The notes under the pieces were generated by a model, which did no database searches, was not told the DNA's origin, and saw nothing but the letters and a program-made list of their open reading frames with translations. A stretch of 64,000 nt of DNA from Amphiscolops sp. MND2022 (Eukaryota): positions 47,618,001 through 47,682,000 of the forward strand of contig OZ076409.1 of the NCBI GenBank assembly GCA_964187785.1, read 5' to 3'. The position numbers were made by a program, and so were the translations under genes. Below are positions 1 to 13,016 of the stretch, in pieces (position 1 is the first letter of the stretch; each line of letters opens with the position of its first letter).

Positions 1-872
1 TGTGAACTGTCTGTTACAGCGGAAAGGGAGACAAAAAGACCGATCTATTTGTCCCAGAAAAGCAACTGGGAGTTGTCCAACTACATCAATATGGCCCAAA
101 CAAACCGGACGAGGAAACACTTAACGAAAAGTCTCCCAAAAAGAAAGTTTCAATTGGTCGATATCCTTTCATTGGCGATATCCTATCACATAAGAAAACC
201 CTAGAAGTGCGACTCCACTAAAAATTTACCAATTCGCTGTATGCAGGGTCGGCCATACCAAAACTACCGCTACCAGGAATGTCATTAACCTAAAATTTAT
301 TTCTGGTCCATTTACATTAACGAACGAAAGAAGAAAAGTCAGAGGTATCATCAAACCAAAGAATAGACATTGCTTGGGAGGGTTGGATGGTAAATACAGT
401 TGAATGAGATCTTGCGAAACATTTTGATTGGTAAATTGCAAATCATTCTGAATGAAACAGACGAAGCTGATTCAGACACGAGAAGCGAGGTAAGCGAGAT
501 TCAGAAGGAGGAAGATAGTGATTTTGAGAATGACAACACCTCAGGAAGGAACAGCTCTAACCCGATCTGGACAAACTCGAGATAGGTATCCAATCAACCC
601 ACCAACGGTCAACTAAATACCGTCAAGAGCAACGAAACAAAATATGTAAACCGAAAAACAAAATACTAGGCACTCCCGTCGTGAAAGTGAAAAGATGGAT
701 AGGTACTGGAGGGTTACACAAGAACCTTTTGTGAAAGAAATAAAGTTAATGAGTGTTCACATGAGAACGTTAGAGATGCCGAAAATACATGTCCGAACCA
801 ATGTCGAAACCCGCCGATTTTGTACGGGAGCAGAACCCTACGCCGAGGCATCAATGATGTAGTATGAAGAAA
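1..872 (+). mobile_element. 3' internal region of an outer LTR retrotransposon (continues at 6104-6367 after the nested insertion)
   Basis: After the inner element the sequence resumes with a polypurine tract (AAGAGGGGGGA, 6123-6133) followed by a TG...CA LTR-like segment. No recognisable protein domain in 1-872. Confidence 0.45.
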
Positions 873-1067
873 TGTAATAGAGCGATTGAAATGACGCAAT
901 CTATTTCTGAACAACTACTGGTATAAAGTGTATCAAGTTTGAAATTGCCTTGCTTCATTGCGAAAGCCTTTGTTAAAACGAGACAGTCTATTAATCTAAA
1001 TTCATCGTTCATCAATTCACATCCATTCCTTCAATTCGTTTTACATTCATTGAGTTCCACGTCAACG
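873..1067 (+). repeat. 5' LTR (195 bp)
   Basis: Direct repeat of 5909-6103 with 6 differences counted by eye; starts TG; followed by the PBS. Confidence 0.95.
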
Positions 1068-1217
1068 TGGCGCTGCGAGCTGAAAATTCAGCGCATTCTT
1101 CATCATCATCTTCACATCTCGTCGGGTTACCAGTATTCTGGAGTATTCTGGAGCGATGCGGTCGCAAACCCTCCGATGGATTGAAACAAGTGGTTTGACC
1201 TTTTTCAAGTAGCTATA

Positions 1218-4200
1218 ATGGCCAAATACTCCATATCCATTACGGAATTGACCAGAAATGTGGATCAGCAAAACCCCAGGGTTCGCGCTCTTCTCGGGGA
1301 TCTCGACGAGGATCCTGCAAACAAAAAAGTATTTAGTATCCTATACCTGTCATTAGGCGAACCCGCAAGAAAACAGTTCATGGATAAATATCCACACAGA
1401 GCACTGTGGGATTTAAAAGCCCAAGAATTGATAAACCTTTGCATCGAGTGTTTTCGGAAAAAGAGAAATAGAACGCTCGATAGACACCGACTCTTTTCAC
1501 GATATCAACAACAAGGAGAATCTCTGTTTCAATTTTGGCACGCCCTAAATGGGCTTGCGGCATTGTGCGACTTCGGGGAAATAACACCCACCCTGCTCCT
1601 GGACATGTTTATACTTCACATGAACAATAAAAAGGTGCAAGAAAAATTGTGCACTGAGCCTAAGGAACCTGACCAAGCATTAGAGTTCGCCCTTGCTTTT
1701 GGTGAAGGAATACAACGGCAAAAAGCCTATGGCGCACAAGCACCTGAATCAACAAAAACAGCTATAAAAAGTGAACCGGTCTAAGCCGTGGAGAAGACTA
1801 ACCCCAGGGAGTATTATAGATGTGGGGCAGCTAACTTCACCATGGATCACGTCAACTTCTGCATGGCCACCAACCACCGTTGTAAATTTTGTCAGCTGAT
1901 TGGGCATTTAGAGAAGTGTTGCAATAAAAAATTTCCCCAGCGGCAGAAAGAGATATTGCAACGACTGAAGAGCCGGGACAACAAAAAAGGAATGCGAAGA
2001 GTAAATTATATTGAAGAATCAGATGAAGAATCTGAAGAAGGCGAAGATGAAGAGCAACTAGTTCTACGTGTGGATGGCGACGGTTGCAAGCCATTTTGCA
2101 TGGAAGGAAAAATGTGCGGCAAATATTTTAAAGCAATCATCGATACTGGGTCACCGGTGTCCACTTTTACGAAGAGTGATTTGCAAAAAATTGTTGGGCC
2201 TAGAAAAGTGGTGATCAGGGACATGATTGCGGGAGAACGCTATGTTGATTACAATAAAAAAACCCTTGAATTTGCTTGGCTACCAATTCGTACGACTTGA
2301 AGTTGCAGGAGTAACAGTAAGAAAAGCACGAGTCCTAGTAGTTCCTAACTAAGGACAATCGATAGTGGGCCGTGATTGGCTAGTTGCTCTCCGCTACAAA
2401 ATTACGCAGCCGATAGAAAGAGGTGAGTGTAAAATAAATAAACAAAGTTTGAGGTGTGAAGAATCAATTAATGAGATAAGTCCTGAAAAAAGACTAAACC
2501 CCGAGGTTCAGCAATTGGTGGGGAATATACAAGTTTGTTCAAGCGGAAAGTTCGAGTGAAGAATTACAAAATTAAAATTAAAATGAAAGATGACGTGAGA
2601 ATTTCGCAGTAAGAGGGACGCCGTATTCCCATCCAACTACAAAATCAAGTGGAAAATGAAATTGAAAAGTTGTTAAAGGAGGGACATATTGTGAAAGTCG
2701 ACAAAATTCAAGACCACGTATTTATTCAGCCGACGGTAATACCTGTGAAAAAAGATGAGTCTGTGAAAATTGCCTTAGACGCGAGAGCGCTAAACCAATC
2801 AATAGCAAAAGACAAATACCAAATGCCTAATTTAGATATTTTAATTGACATGATTGCGGAGAAATTAGATGAAAAGGATGGGGAGGCGTGGTATTCGTCA
2901 GTTGACATGACGTACGCGTATGGGCAAATTCCGTTGCAAGAATTAACAAAAAGACATTGTAATTTTCAAATCGTGGGAGGAAAATCAACAGGCACGTACC
3001 GATTCACAACGGGATTCTACGGCCTTACTGTAATGCCAACAGAATTTCAGAAATTAATGGACCTCACTTTAGCAAATGTAAATAGTGTATTTGTATATGT
3101 AGACGATGTATTAATTGTAACAAAAGGAACTAAGCAAGAACACTTGAATAAAGTTAGGGAAGTATTGAAAATTCTGGACGAAGCGAATTTACAGCTGAAG
3201 GCAGAGAAGTGCATAATTGCACAAGAAACTATTGAATGGTTGGGTTATAAACTGACGAAACGGGCATATCCCCAGTTAATGCAAAAGCCCAGGGAATGAG
3301 CGATAGATTGAGACCAAATAATTAGAAGCAACTGCGCTCATTCCTTGGAGCGGTGAATAAATTCAACAATTTCATACCAAATTTAGCTAGTATTAGTTTC
3401 CCCTTTAGAACAATTTTAAAGAAAGATGCAGAGTGGATTTGGAACGACGAGCACGAAAAAGCGTTTGTCAAAATGAACGATGAAATAAAAAGAGTAGTAG
3501 AATTGTCACATTTTAAAAGAAACCAAGAAATACGAATTATTTGCGATGCTAGCAAACAAAGTCTAGGTGCTGTTTCACAACAAAGCCAGGCAAACGGAGA
3601 ATGGAAACCAATTTGTTTTGCATCTAGATTTTTATTCGATTTGGAAGCCAAATTTTTTATTAACGAGTTAGAACTTTTAGCGATAGCTGGGGCGGTAGAA
3701 CATTTTAGAAATTATGTATATGGGGTACAGTTTAAAATAGTTTCGGACCACAAAGCGCTAGCATCAGTATTAAAACCAAACAGGGGAAATAAAACATTTT
3801 CTAGTAGACTGACACGCTGGGTGGATAGACTGCTGCCATTTGATTTTCAGGTAGTACACGTCGCAGGGAGAACGCTAGGAATGGCAGATTATCTGTCAAG
3901 GCATCCCACGGAACTATACGGATCACCATTAAAGCAGAAACCCTGTGGAATGAATGGTTTAATGTAAACAGCGTAATTAGTTTAAATAATGTTTTAGATG
4001 GCAGTGAAGCGAGCAGCGAGCAAAGCAAGCCGGCGGAAAGTGCGAGCGGAGAGATTAGCATCAATCGAATAAATCAAGCAGGCTGCCAACAGCCAATCAA
4101 ATTGAAGAACGAACGCAATTCGCGGGAACCAAGTAAGCGTCATTGTGGTAAAAGCGTACAGAAACGTAAGATGAGTCAAAGTCCATCGATTAAACAATTA

Positions 4201-5779
4201 AATGGAAAGTTGTTGCCAGCGAATTATTGCGCTGACAAATTGATACAACAGGTTATCCGCCTAGTTAAAAAGTATAACAAAACAGGAGTTACCCGGCTAC
4301 CGTCCCCTTGGAGGGAAAAATTGAAAACGTTCTCACTCGACGAACGCAATTTCCTTTATACCGACAATCGCCTAGTTATTCCGCAGGCCATGAGGGCCAT
4401 GATAATGTGCTCCCTGCATTATGGCCATCCCGGTCGGGACGCCTTGCTGGCGTTGATCGAGGATATTTGGTGGCCTCGCATCCACCGAGAGGTTATTGAT
4501 CAAGCAAGATTGGGTGAGCAGTGCCTGCAGTCAGGTAAGAAATTAAAATACATGCTAAAGCAAAAACAAATAGGCAAACTGCCGGACGTAAAGGAATTGA
4601 ACGAGGCGGTAGCACTCGGTTTCGCAGGACCGTTCCAAAATGCGAAAAAAGGAAAGAATTATTTGCTAGTGTCAATAGATCATTTTTTAGGATGGCCGGA
4701 CGCAAAATTTTCACATCGCCCGACAACGAAAAAAGTGATTGAATTTTTAAAACAATGTTGCGCACAGTATGGAGTACCTAAGAAAATACGAACGGCTCCT
4801 GTCACAGTGTTTGTAAGTGAGCTTTTCACACAGTTTTGCAAACAATTTGGAATAGAGCAAATAACGGGTCCTATTAGACATCACAGGGGCAACGGGAAAT
4901 AGAGCGGTTAATCAGAACGATAAACGAACGACTCCGAACAAATAAACATGTTATTTTTACTAAGGATAAGACCGGATGGTCTGAGATCCTGTACTCGCTG
5001 AGAATTAGTAAGAAAAAGGACGGAAAGTCGCCGTTCGAAAAAAAATGGGAAAAGAGCCAAACACGGTGAAATCGAATTTAGTAGAAAGGTATCTGGACTT
5101 TTCAGCCCAAGATAATAGAGTGGAGTTTCAACAAGCGGACTTCCAAGACGAATGTGACTCAATGATGTTGGGGCGTGAAAGATCAAAAGGATCTAAATTG
5201 GAACCCGTGTTTGCCAGAAAGACCGGAAAAGTACAAGAGAGAGCACACACCATCGCAGTTCTGCCAGAAGCCGCAAAACACCCAAAGGTCTTCTCCAAAA
5301 GAGACATAATGCAGGCGTCCAAAGAGCAAAAGGACAAACTCAAGAAGGCAGGAAAACGGGCGATAATCGAGGACTCATCGAGCTCAAGCGAGTTGGAAAC
5401 ATCGGCAAAAAGAAAGGGGAAGAAGACAAAGTGTGGAAAGTCACTTCCCTCAGAAGTGAACACAAAGTGGGGAAAGGCACCAACCCCATAAATGGCTTTC
5501 GACCTAGAGAGCGAGACGCAACCCTCCATTATCGATATTACCTCAACTATCGAAACAAACGACAAGGCGCCTAAAGATGCAACCCCGCCAAAACAAGAGG
5601 AAGCGTCAAAAGAAGAAAATGGCCCAGATGATGCAATCCCGATAAAAGCCACGACATCGTGGCAGGTGGAGAAAAAGGGGCCCATAAGATACTCGGAAAG
5701 AAAACATGTGCCGCGAAAACGTTACGGAATCGATCTGGTCACTGAAGAGAAGGAAGGGCCCGAAAAAGAAGTTAACTAG
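1218..5779 (+). pseudogene. Disrupted gag-pol polyprotein (double Zn knuckle, protease IIDTGS, RT YVDD, RNase H CDAS/ELELLA/SDHKAL, integrase HYGHPG, long charged tail)
   Basis: Consecutive ORF fragments 1218-1784, 1788-2300, 2649-3299, 3353-3967, 4102-4902 and 5045-5779, separated by stops and frameshifts. Confidence 0.93.
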
Positions 5780-5908
5780 CTAGCCACCAGGGCAAGCAAG
5801 AGACAGTAAAACAATTTTAATTTGTGTGTAATTTTGAGTTAATCTACAGTTACATGAATACATTAACTACGTTTGTTTTATTCTTTGTTTGTACCCAAAA
5901 AGGGGGAA

Positions 5909-6103
5909 TGTGATAGAGCGATTGAAATGACGCAATCTATTTGTAAACAACTACTGGTATAAAGTGTATCAAGTTTGAAATTGCCTTGCTTCATTGCGAA
6001 AGCCTTTGTTAAAACGAGACAGTCTATTAATCTAAATTCATCGTTCATCAGTTCACATCCATCCCTTCAATTCGTTTTACATTCATTGAGTTCCACGTCA
6101 ACA
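5909..6103 (+). repeat. 3' LTR (195 bp)
   Basis: TG...CA, preceded by a PPT, matches 873-1067. Confidence 0.95.
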
Positions 6104-6133
6104 AGAACCGAAAGAATATTCCAAGAGGGGGGA

Positions 6134-6367
6134 TGTAATACAATGACATACCGAACCGAAATTTTTGGACCACCAATACCAAAGACTGGAAGACCTTGAT
6201 CTCCCAATAGGGAAACCCTAGTGACGTATCTCTTTACCATATTATTGATAAACTGTATAGATAAGTATTCTTTTTGTATGAGTAGTTTGTTACCATCTAG
6301 TTAGCCTGAAATAGACGTTCGTTAATAAAAACTTCTTTTTTTCAGAAACCAAGTTAGATATAGAACA
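6134..6367 (+). repeat. Probable 3' LTR of the outer LTR element
   Basis: Starts TGTAAT directly after a PPT, contains AATAAA (6324), ends ...TAGAACA. The partner LTR is not in the window, so the right end is tentative. Confidence 0.6.
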
Positions 6368-6667
6368 ATGGAAGGCAATGCAATTGTTAATAACAGTTGT
6401 CTTTCACAGTCAGCACTGTCAATTGAAAGTTTTTTCCGGCCATGTGACTCCCATTCTTAGTCGCAAGTGCTAAACAGCAAGCGGTGAGCCAAGAATTCCA
6501 TTCTTTGAAACGTCCGGTAAAAAGTAAAAACTTTTCCAAGTTGAACTATTTCATTTTGTTGAGATGAAATAAAAACACCCATCCATGAATTGATTACAGT
6601 GAATTCCTCTAAAACATTTTTATAAACAAAGATGTTATAAATTGACAAGCGAGGAACATCGGAACAA

Positions 6668-7098
6668 GGCATAACGACAACTCATATCAAGCGGCAACTC
6701 ATATCAGGCGACAACTCATATCAATTTGAAAAAGCAACAACTCATATCAAGCGATAACTCATATCAAGTAGGAAAAAGCGACAACTCATATCAAGTTTGC
6801 CAATAGGTTACAAATACCTAAATTTTACCTCAAGAACAACTTATAATTAACTGCAATCAGAAATTCCAAAGTTATACTGATATTTACCATGAAATCTTGT
6901 TACTATTTTATAATTTGTAATAATTACTTATCAATTATCTTAATTTTCTCAAGATATCTCATGAATTATTTGGAATAAATATTTGATATGAGTTTTGATT
7001 GATATAAGTTATCGCTTGATATGAGGTGTCGCTTTTTCAAATTGATATGAGTTGTCGCCTGATATGAGTTGTTGCTTGATATGAGTTGTCGCCATACG
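6668..7098. mobile_element. MITE with long TIRs built from GACAACTCATATCAA units; 9-bp TSD (Mutator-like)
   Basis: Repeats at 6676-6795 are inverted at 6984-7092; TCGGAACAA is duplicated at 6659-6667 and 7099-7107. Confidence 0.88.
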
Positions 7099-7680
7099 TC
7101 GGAACAAGATTATGATATCGGAATAAACATGGTCTGCTATAATTATAGTAACGGACCGCTGTTATTCAGAAATATTTCTGACCTGAAAAGAAAACTGCCA
7201 ACTCACGATCGTAATTTTTCAATGCCTTTAGTTATCATTTTTTCAAAAGATGTCTCCTGTTCTCCTTCAGAAGCTTTAATTATTTATCACTGCTGCAACT
7301 GTGCTCCTACGTAGTTGGCGCAGAATCTTCATTTTCTTTGATGTAGCGCCCAATTTGAAACTAAAGTCGGAAGACTGTTTTTTTAAAACTGCTTTCCTAA
7401 AAATTCGCCAACTAATTTGTCTCGATGTTGTTGGTCGCGCTCTATTTTATTTGATTCTCGCGAATTTTCCCTTTTAATTGTAGTCTGATAGCAGTCAAGG
7501 GGAAAAACTTGTTGCCGCGGGAACGTTTATTTGCACACGATGCCATATATAACGATGGGCCAACGCGCTTGTTGACACAAATATTTATCAAAGCCGTGAA
7601 ACAGTATAAGAAAAGGTTTGTCAAGTGGGACACAAGTCCCAACATTTTTTGTATTTCCTCATCTTAATTCATGAGGCTTC

Positions 7681-9120
7681 CACCCAATTCTATTCAAGGA
7701 ACCATATGATCGGCTGAATTCCATGCGATTTCATGAATGGAATCGTATAATCCCATGCATGGAATCGCATGGAAAGAAAATGCAAAAATTCTTAAAAGCT
7801 GAAATTTCGAAGTTCCGAGTTTGAGCGTGTCTTTTTCCGCAGAAAAACAAGTAAAGCCGTTCGTTATGGGAGAATGTATAGAAAATCTATAAAAAAGAAA
7901 ACTGTGTGTCCTGTTCGTGATGTTTTTGAGTCGAACTAGCAGTGCGCCTCCAAAGTGCCAGCCTTAAGACTTCGGTTCCAATTATCTGCAAACTCTGTTT
8001 GCAGTTCCAGACCGTGTCCGACATCTTTTTTTTTTGATTACCAGAAATTTCGTCGTCGGAAATTTCGTCGTCAGAAATTTCGTCGTCAGAAATTTCGTCG
8101 TCAGAAATTTCGTCGTCGGTAATTACGTTCTATAAAATTCGCATTTTAGCTAATGTATTAGGCATCGTCTATTATTATTGAGTCTACTTATATTAATAAT
8201 TATCGTTAATTATAGAATTATTACTATCATTCACCACTTTTAGTTATGGTTTTGAGAGAAAAAGTTTCAGGGGTTGTTCCTTATTCCAACAACCAACCAC
8301 ATCCCCCCTACCGCCACACAAAAGCAAGTGCTTGATACGACTTCTTGTGCGAACAAATATTGTTTTGAGCAAAAATTCATCCCTGGAACTAGCTCAAATT
8401 GTATGCTAAAGCCCCAATTTTAATGCAAAAAGAGCTCCATTTTGAATGATTGACAAAAAATACAATATCAGCGCCTTGTGTACAAATGTTTTAACTTTGA
8501 AATGCAAAACTTTTTTATGCGTTCTGTTTTCTATGGTTCTACAAAATGATCATGGGGTGAAATGAATGCAGACCGGTAAAATAGATCTTGATAAAAGTCT
8601 TCGTGAGTTGATTGAAAGCAATTCTTTTTGACTCAAATTTGGCGTCAAAATGAAACTTGTTCTCAAGAACTCATTTTAATAATTAAATAATTGAATAATT
8701 GAAATGGTTTCTTTTGGTGAATGCTGTTAATTCTAATCGATACGACGAAATTTCCGACGACGATATTTCTGACGACGAAATTTCTGGATTTGCTATTATG
8801 ACGAATTTTTCTTCGACGAAATTTCCTACGACGAATTTTCCTTCGACGAAATTTTCTTTTTGTCCAGAACGTGTCCGACTATGAAAATTTTACTTTTTTA
8901 TACTTTCCATTCTTTTGCGCTCCATTTTTGTGACCATGAAATTGAGATTTTCTGCGGTCTATGTGCTTTTTCGAAGGGTTTCGCCCTGTCACCATATGGT
9001 TCCATACGTTTCTATGCATGGAATCATATAATTCCATTCGATTTCCTGCATGGAAACGGCATGAAGTTATTGTATGGAATCATATGATTCCATGCAAAGA
9101 ATTGCATGGATCCGTATGTG
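7681..9120. mobile_element. Degenerate MITE with CCATGCATGG/CATATG-rich inverted ends, containing a nested MITE
   Basis: 7681-7775 is an imperfect reverse complement of about 8990-9120; CAC...GTG termini. Confidence 0.55.
8023..8862. mobile_element. MITE with subterminal GAAATTTCGTCGTC arrays
   Basis: About five 15-bp units at 8043-8120 and inverted GACGACGAAATTTC units at 8740-8856; flanked by the direct repeat TCCAGA(C/A)CGTGTCCGAC (8006-8022, 8863-8879). Confidence 0.75.
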
Positions 9121-9308
9121 GCGTTAGATCCGGGATTTCCTTTCAAAAACCAACGAAAAGAAGCCATTTAAAGAAACGTAGCAGATCATGTAATTCGCTA
9201 ACCATCTGAAAAAAATTCTGAAGTTGGGCATTGTAGGACAAGTTCCGAACAGGAAGCTTGACTTTTTTCATTATTTAGCGCTTGGGTTTGCTGAAACTCA
9301 TCAAGCTG

Positions 9309-10092
9309 CCCGTACTGACAACCCAGGGAAATCCATAGGTGGCCATCGGTGGACCACCAATGGCCATCGGTGGGGGGAAATTAGCTTACGTAGAGGCTTT
9401 CCCACCGGTGAACCAAAAGTGAAAATTTCGTTCAACATTTCTAGCAACTGAATGTTGGTAAACGAAATACCTTGAGACGATATTCGCAACCTTAATGCAT
9501 CAAAGCTTAACAATATTGGAAAATTATAAGGACCGGTTCTGAAGTATCTGTAATCCCTGTTTGTAGTTTCAAATCGTGTCTGAAAAACCTTTTCTACTGG
9601 TTATCCCGTGAGTTTAGATCTTACTCTAGTTATTTTTTTGTGTGATTTTAGATCTTCTGCCGGTGTTTTTTCCAGTCATTTTAGATCTTATTCCGATGTT
9701 TTTTCGGTGACTTTAGATCTTATTCCGGTGTTTTTCATAGGTTTTAGATTTTCGTTCTGTAGGACTTTACTAATGATCTTGCTCGTTACGACTTTCCAGA
9801 AATTGTCGAAGATGATCAGTGCATGTATGCCTGTGCTTGTAAAATTTTTTCGCAGTTTCAACTAGGGTAACCAACTTTTGGGGACCTTTCATCGACGGCA
9901 CACCGTAGCCCACCGATGGTCCATCGGTGGCCCACCGATCTCCACCTATAGCCCATCGGTGGCCACCATTACCCACCGGTGGGCCACCGGTGGCCACCGC
10001 AAAAACTGTTACGGCCACCGAAGTGACCACCGATGGAACTGTGGTGGAAGATCGGTGGCCACCGATGGATTTCCCTGGGTTATCAACTCGGG
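9309..10092. mobile_element. MITE with CCCG...CGGG termini, TIR core ACCCAGGGAAATCCAT and CCATCGGTGGCC subterminal repeats; 2-bp TSD TG (CACTA/EnSpm-like)
   Basis: 9321-9336 is the reverse complement of 10065-10080; looser symmetry extends to 9309/10092; TG on both flanks. Confidence 0.8.
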
Positions 10093-11488
10093 TGAGACAA
10101 ATGTATCCGAGAAGCCTGTCAAGATGAATTTCAAAGATCTAGGTTCAATACCGTCACTCCGATAGGTGTTCAAGTGAAAAAAATCCTGAATCGAATTGCT
10201 GGGATGAAATCCAGCCAATATTTCTGCAGCCCTTATTCCACCAAAGCATTATTATAAAAAAAACAAAAGTGCAGTGGTATTTTGCAGTGTTTAATATAAA
10301 AGTGATCTCGTGTGTTTTGTCTGAAACCGTACTTTTGAGACCAGTTTATTTCTGATAGGCCGTTTTGAAACCAGAATTTCCGTCAAATAGTCCATGACTA
10401 TATCTTAAAAGTTTCTAGAAGCAAGAAATTCATGATAAGATGAATGTTATTAGTCTGGATATTTTTTTTCAGCAACAAGCATTCCTATAATCGTTCAGAA
10501 CGTGCACGAAATCTCAAAAATTGAAATAATTGCCATTGATTTCACTTTGATAAACTCTATCTTTGAGGTTATAAAATTAGAGAAGGGCCGAACGCAAGCA
10601 AAGGACCCCGATTGATATAATTCTTTCAAGTTTTTTTTGATGATTACACTGATTGTCAATTTTCCCAGAAAAACTATTTTCAGTTCGAGAATGAGTTGAG
10701 CGACAAAACTCAGCTTATTTTGACTGGATTTTAAAATTGTTGTTTTTCAGTATTTTCGATAGGATTTGATTCAATAGGATTTTCCGCGTTGATCACACAA
10801 AACAAGAAAGAAGATACGATCAGATCCAAATTTGGATTCCTGTGATACTAAGTTACTGGCAAGGTCATTTCAAACAAGACCCAAAGAGCAATCAGAGTCA
10901 TTGAAAAGCAGATCTTCTCATCGGATCCACCTTACCTAACTCACTAAATGATTCAAGAAACTCTAATGAAGCTTTACAAAATTACGTGCTTTGAGGGTTC
11001 CAAAAACAACTCAACTTATTTTATTCCTACAACCATGTCATTTTGACAGATTTGAGTCTTCAGTTATTCGAAAAAAAAACAAATAGGGTTTTTTCTCGGT
11101 TATCTTCGTAAAGAAGCTGCGAAGTTCGAATTTAGAGTCACCTTGTCAATTTTCTACGCCAAACAAAACCCATAGGAAAGTTTTCAAAAAAATCATTTCG
11201 TCCACGAACCAAATGATAGTAGTACCCTTTTCTTTATTGGAATACCGAAAGCTATTTCGAGGAGCTACTTAAATAATGGAATCTGCCCTTTACACGTTTA
11301 TACTGCTCAAATTCCCAACAATTAGTACAAAGATGTGATATTCATAGCAGCAGAAGAGCTGAGCGAAGGTTAGTAGTTTCTTTTTGCACGGTCCAAAGTT
11401 GTTGGGTAAACTTTTCAAGGAATTGTATGATATTTTATAAAAGGAAAAGTTGCACTATAGCAAAGCTTTTCATCACGCTAAAGAACTT

Positions 11489-11555
11489 CACCCATGAATA
11501 AATAATGAGTTAATACGTTATTATTTATTAATAACTCATTATTTATTAGTGGGTG
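11489..11555. repeat. 67-bp miniature fold-back element
   Basis: CACCCATGAATAAATAATGAGTTA pairs with TAACTCATTATTTATTAGTGGGTG. Confidence 0.75.
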
Positions 11556-12216
11556 TCGGAGAAATCGTTCAGTGAAGGAAATGGAACTTTTCTTATGAAG
11601 TAGTACTAACTGTGCAGGAGAAAATTAATTTCAAATTGCAGTTTCTTGGACTCTTTTTAATATAGTGTTTGCGTTCCATTTTCCGTTGACCAATTTCGAT
11701 TTTAAATTCATCATAACTGTGAATAATTCACGTTAATCATCTTCGCTCACCTGTGCGGAAAACTTGCCTTCTAAAAACTTCTCATTTCTCGGAAAACTAT
11801 CTAAGAAGCAGGTTTGTCTCATGGTGTTCTCATTTATATCTTTGGCCCACTATTCGAAATTTAATAAATGAGCGCATTGGACAATTACCAATGAAACGCC
11901 TAAGAAACGTAGACTTCATTTTTGATACACTTGAAATCATACAAATGAAATAATCATTTTCAACTCGCAAGTTGGTTTGAAGTGATTCCTGGGAAATGAA
12001 AAAGTTCCGCCGGTTTCTTCATCAAACCTAGCAATCCAAATAATACATGGAAAGTAATAAAGCGTCCAATATAAAATTTTGTGAACAACCTTTGTTCACG
12101 TGATTTCTAAAAAATCGTTTTTAGTTTTCCAGTACCCGAGAAATCAACACTGAGTTAATTTGCTTCACGTGACCACCTGAAAAGGTTTTTCCCACTTCAC
12201 TCAAACAAAAGAAAGA

Positions 12217-12561
12217 ATGTCTGGGAAAGTTATCACCGTGAAGGCGGTTGAAAGTTTCGATGGGAATGGAAGAATGGAAGAAACCAATGAGAGTCCTTCG
12301 ACGTTACAAAAAAAATGTGGAATTTGGAAACTGTGTCGGCAAAATGTGTGGGTCGTGGTCACATGGATTGTGTGTTTGACCGTTTTGGGCTTGTTTACAA
12401 TGAGTGTGTTCTATGAGTTCATTGAAAACAATCCAGTGACAATTATAACGTTCATAAACAAGCCAGAGTATCCGGATCCAGTTGTGGTCAAAGTCTGCCC
12501 CTCAGTATTTTTGGATCAGCAGAAAATCCTGAGTTACAACGGCACCGAAATCAACTACAAG
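12217..12561 (+). CDS. DEG/ENaC (ASIC-like) sodium channel, exon 1 of 4; join(12217-12561,13257-13579,14499-14739,15250-15813), about 490 aa
   Basis: ATG start, hydrophobic TM1 (VWVVVTWIVCLTVLGLF), then YPDPVVVKVC at the FPAVTIC position. Exon end inferred at AAG|GAAGGA (non-canonical donor). Confidence 0.85.
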
Positions 12562-12627
12562 GAAGGACTGCCATACTTACCATTTTGTTTTTGTTTTTTA
12601 TCTATTCATACAAATATTTGACTACAT

Positions 12628-12878
12628 AAATTTCGAAATGTTTTCGACGCAATTTCCGCACAAACATTGCTCGATATTTTAGGCAATGTAAAGCTCGAGT
12701 GAAGTTTTCAGCAGAAAAATTTATGTAGAAAGTTTCTTGGCTAAAGCATTTTTGATGAAAACTGATGTTATAACTTTCTATATAAATTTTTCTGCTGAAA
12801 ACTTCACTCGAGCTTTACATTGCCTAAAATATCGAGCAATGTTTGTGCGGAAATTGCGTCGAAAACATTTCGAAATTT
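12628..12878. repeat. 107-bp near-perfect inverted repeat (37-nt spacer) in intron 1
   Basis: 12628-12734 versus 12772-12878; one mismatch seen. Confidence 0.95.
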
Positions 12879-13016
12879 CATTTCCGAATAAAATACTTGG
12901 GCATCTTCGAAATCCCAAACAAAGCTTAAATAGACTGAAAAACTTAAAAGGCGAGTTTTGTTGAAATTTTGAACATGGCCGAGTCGAACGAATTTTTGTG
13001 ATCGAAAATTTCGATT

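Larger units (their letters stand above)
873..6103 (+). mobile_element. Ty3/Gypsy (Mag-like) LTR retrotransposon, full length but degenerate
   Basis: 195-bp LTRs at 873-1067 and 5909-6103; PBS TGGCGCTGCGAGC at 1068 (tRNA-Ser-like); PPT AAAAAGGGGGAA at 5897-5908; gag-PR-RT-RH-IN order; imperfect 5-bp TSD AGAAA/AGAAC. Confidence 0.95.

Noticed and set aside
12562..12621. ORF-track extensions of ENaC exons (EGLPYLPFCFC..., ECQISCRNS..., MQYLKFDNF...)
   Set aside because: Read-through into AT-rich intron sequence, not family-like.
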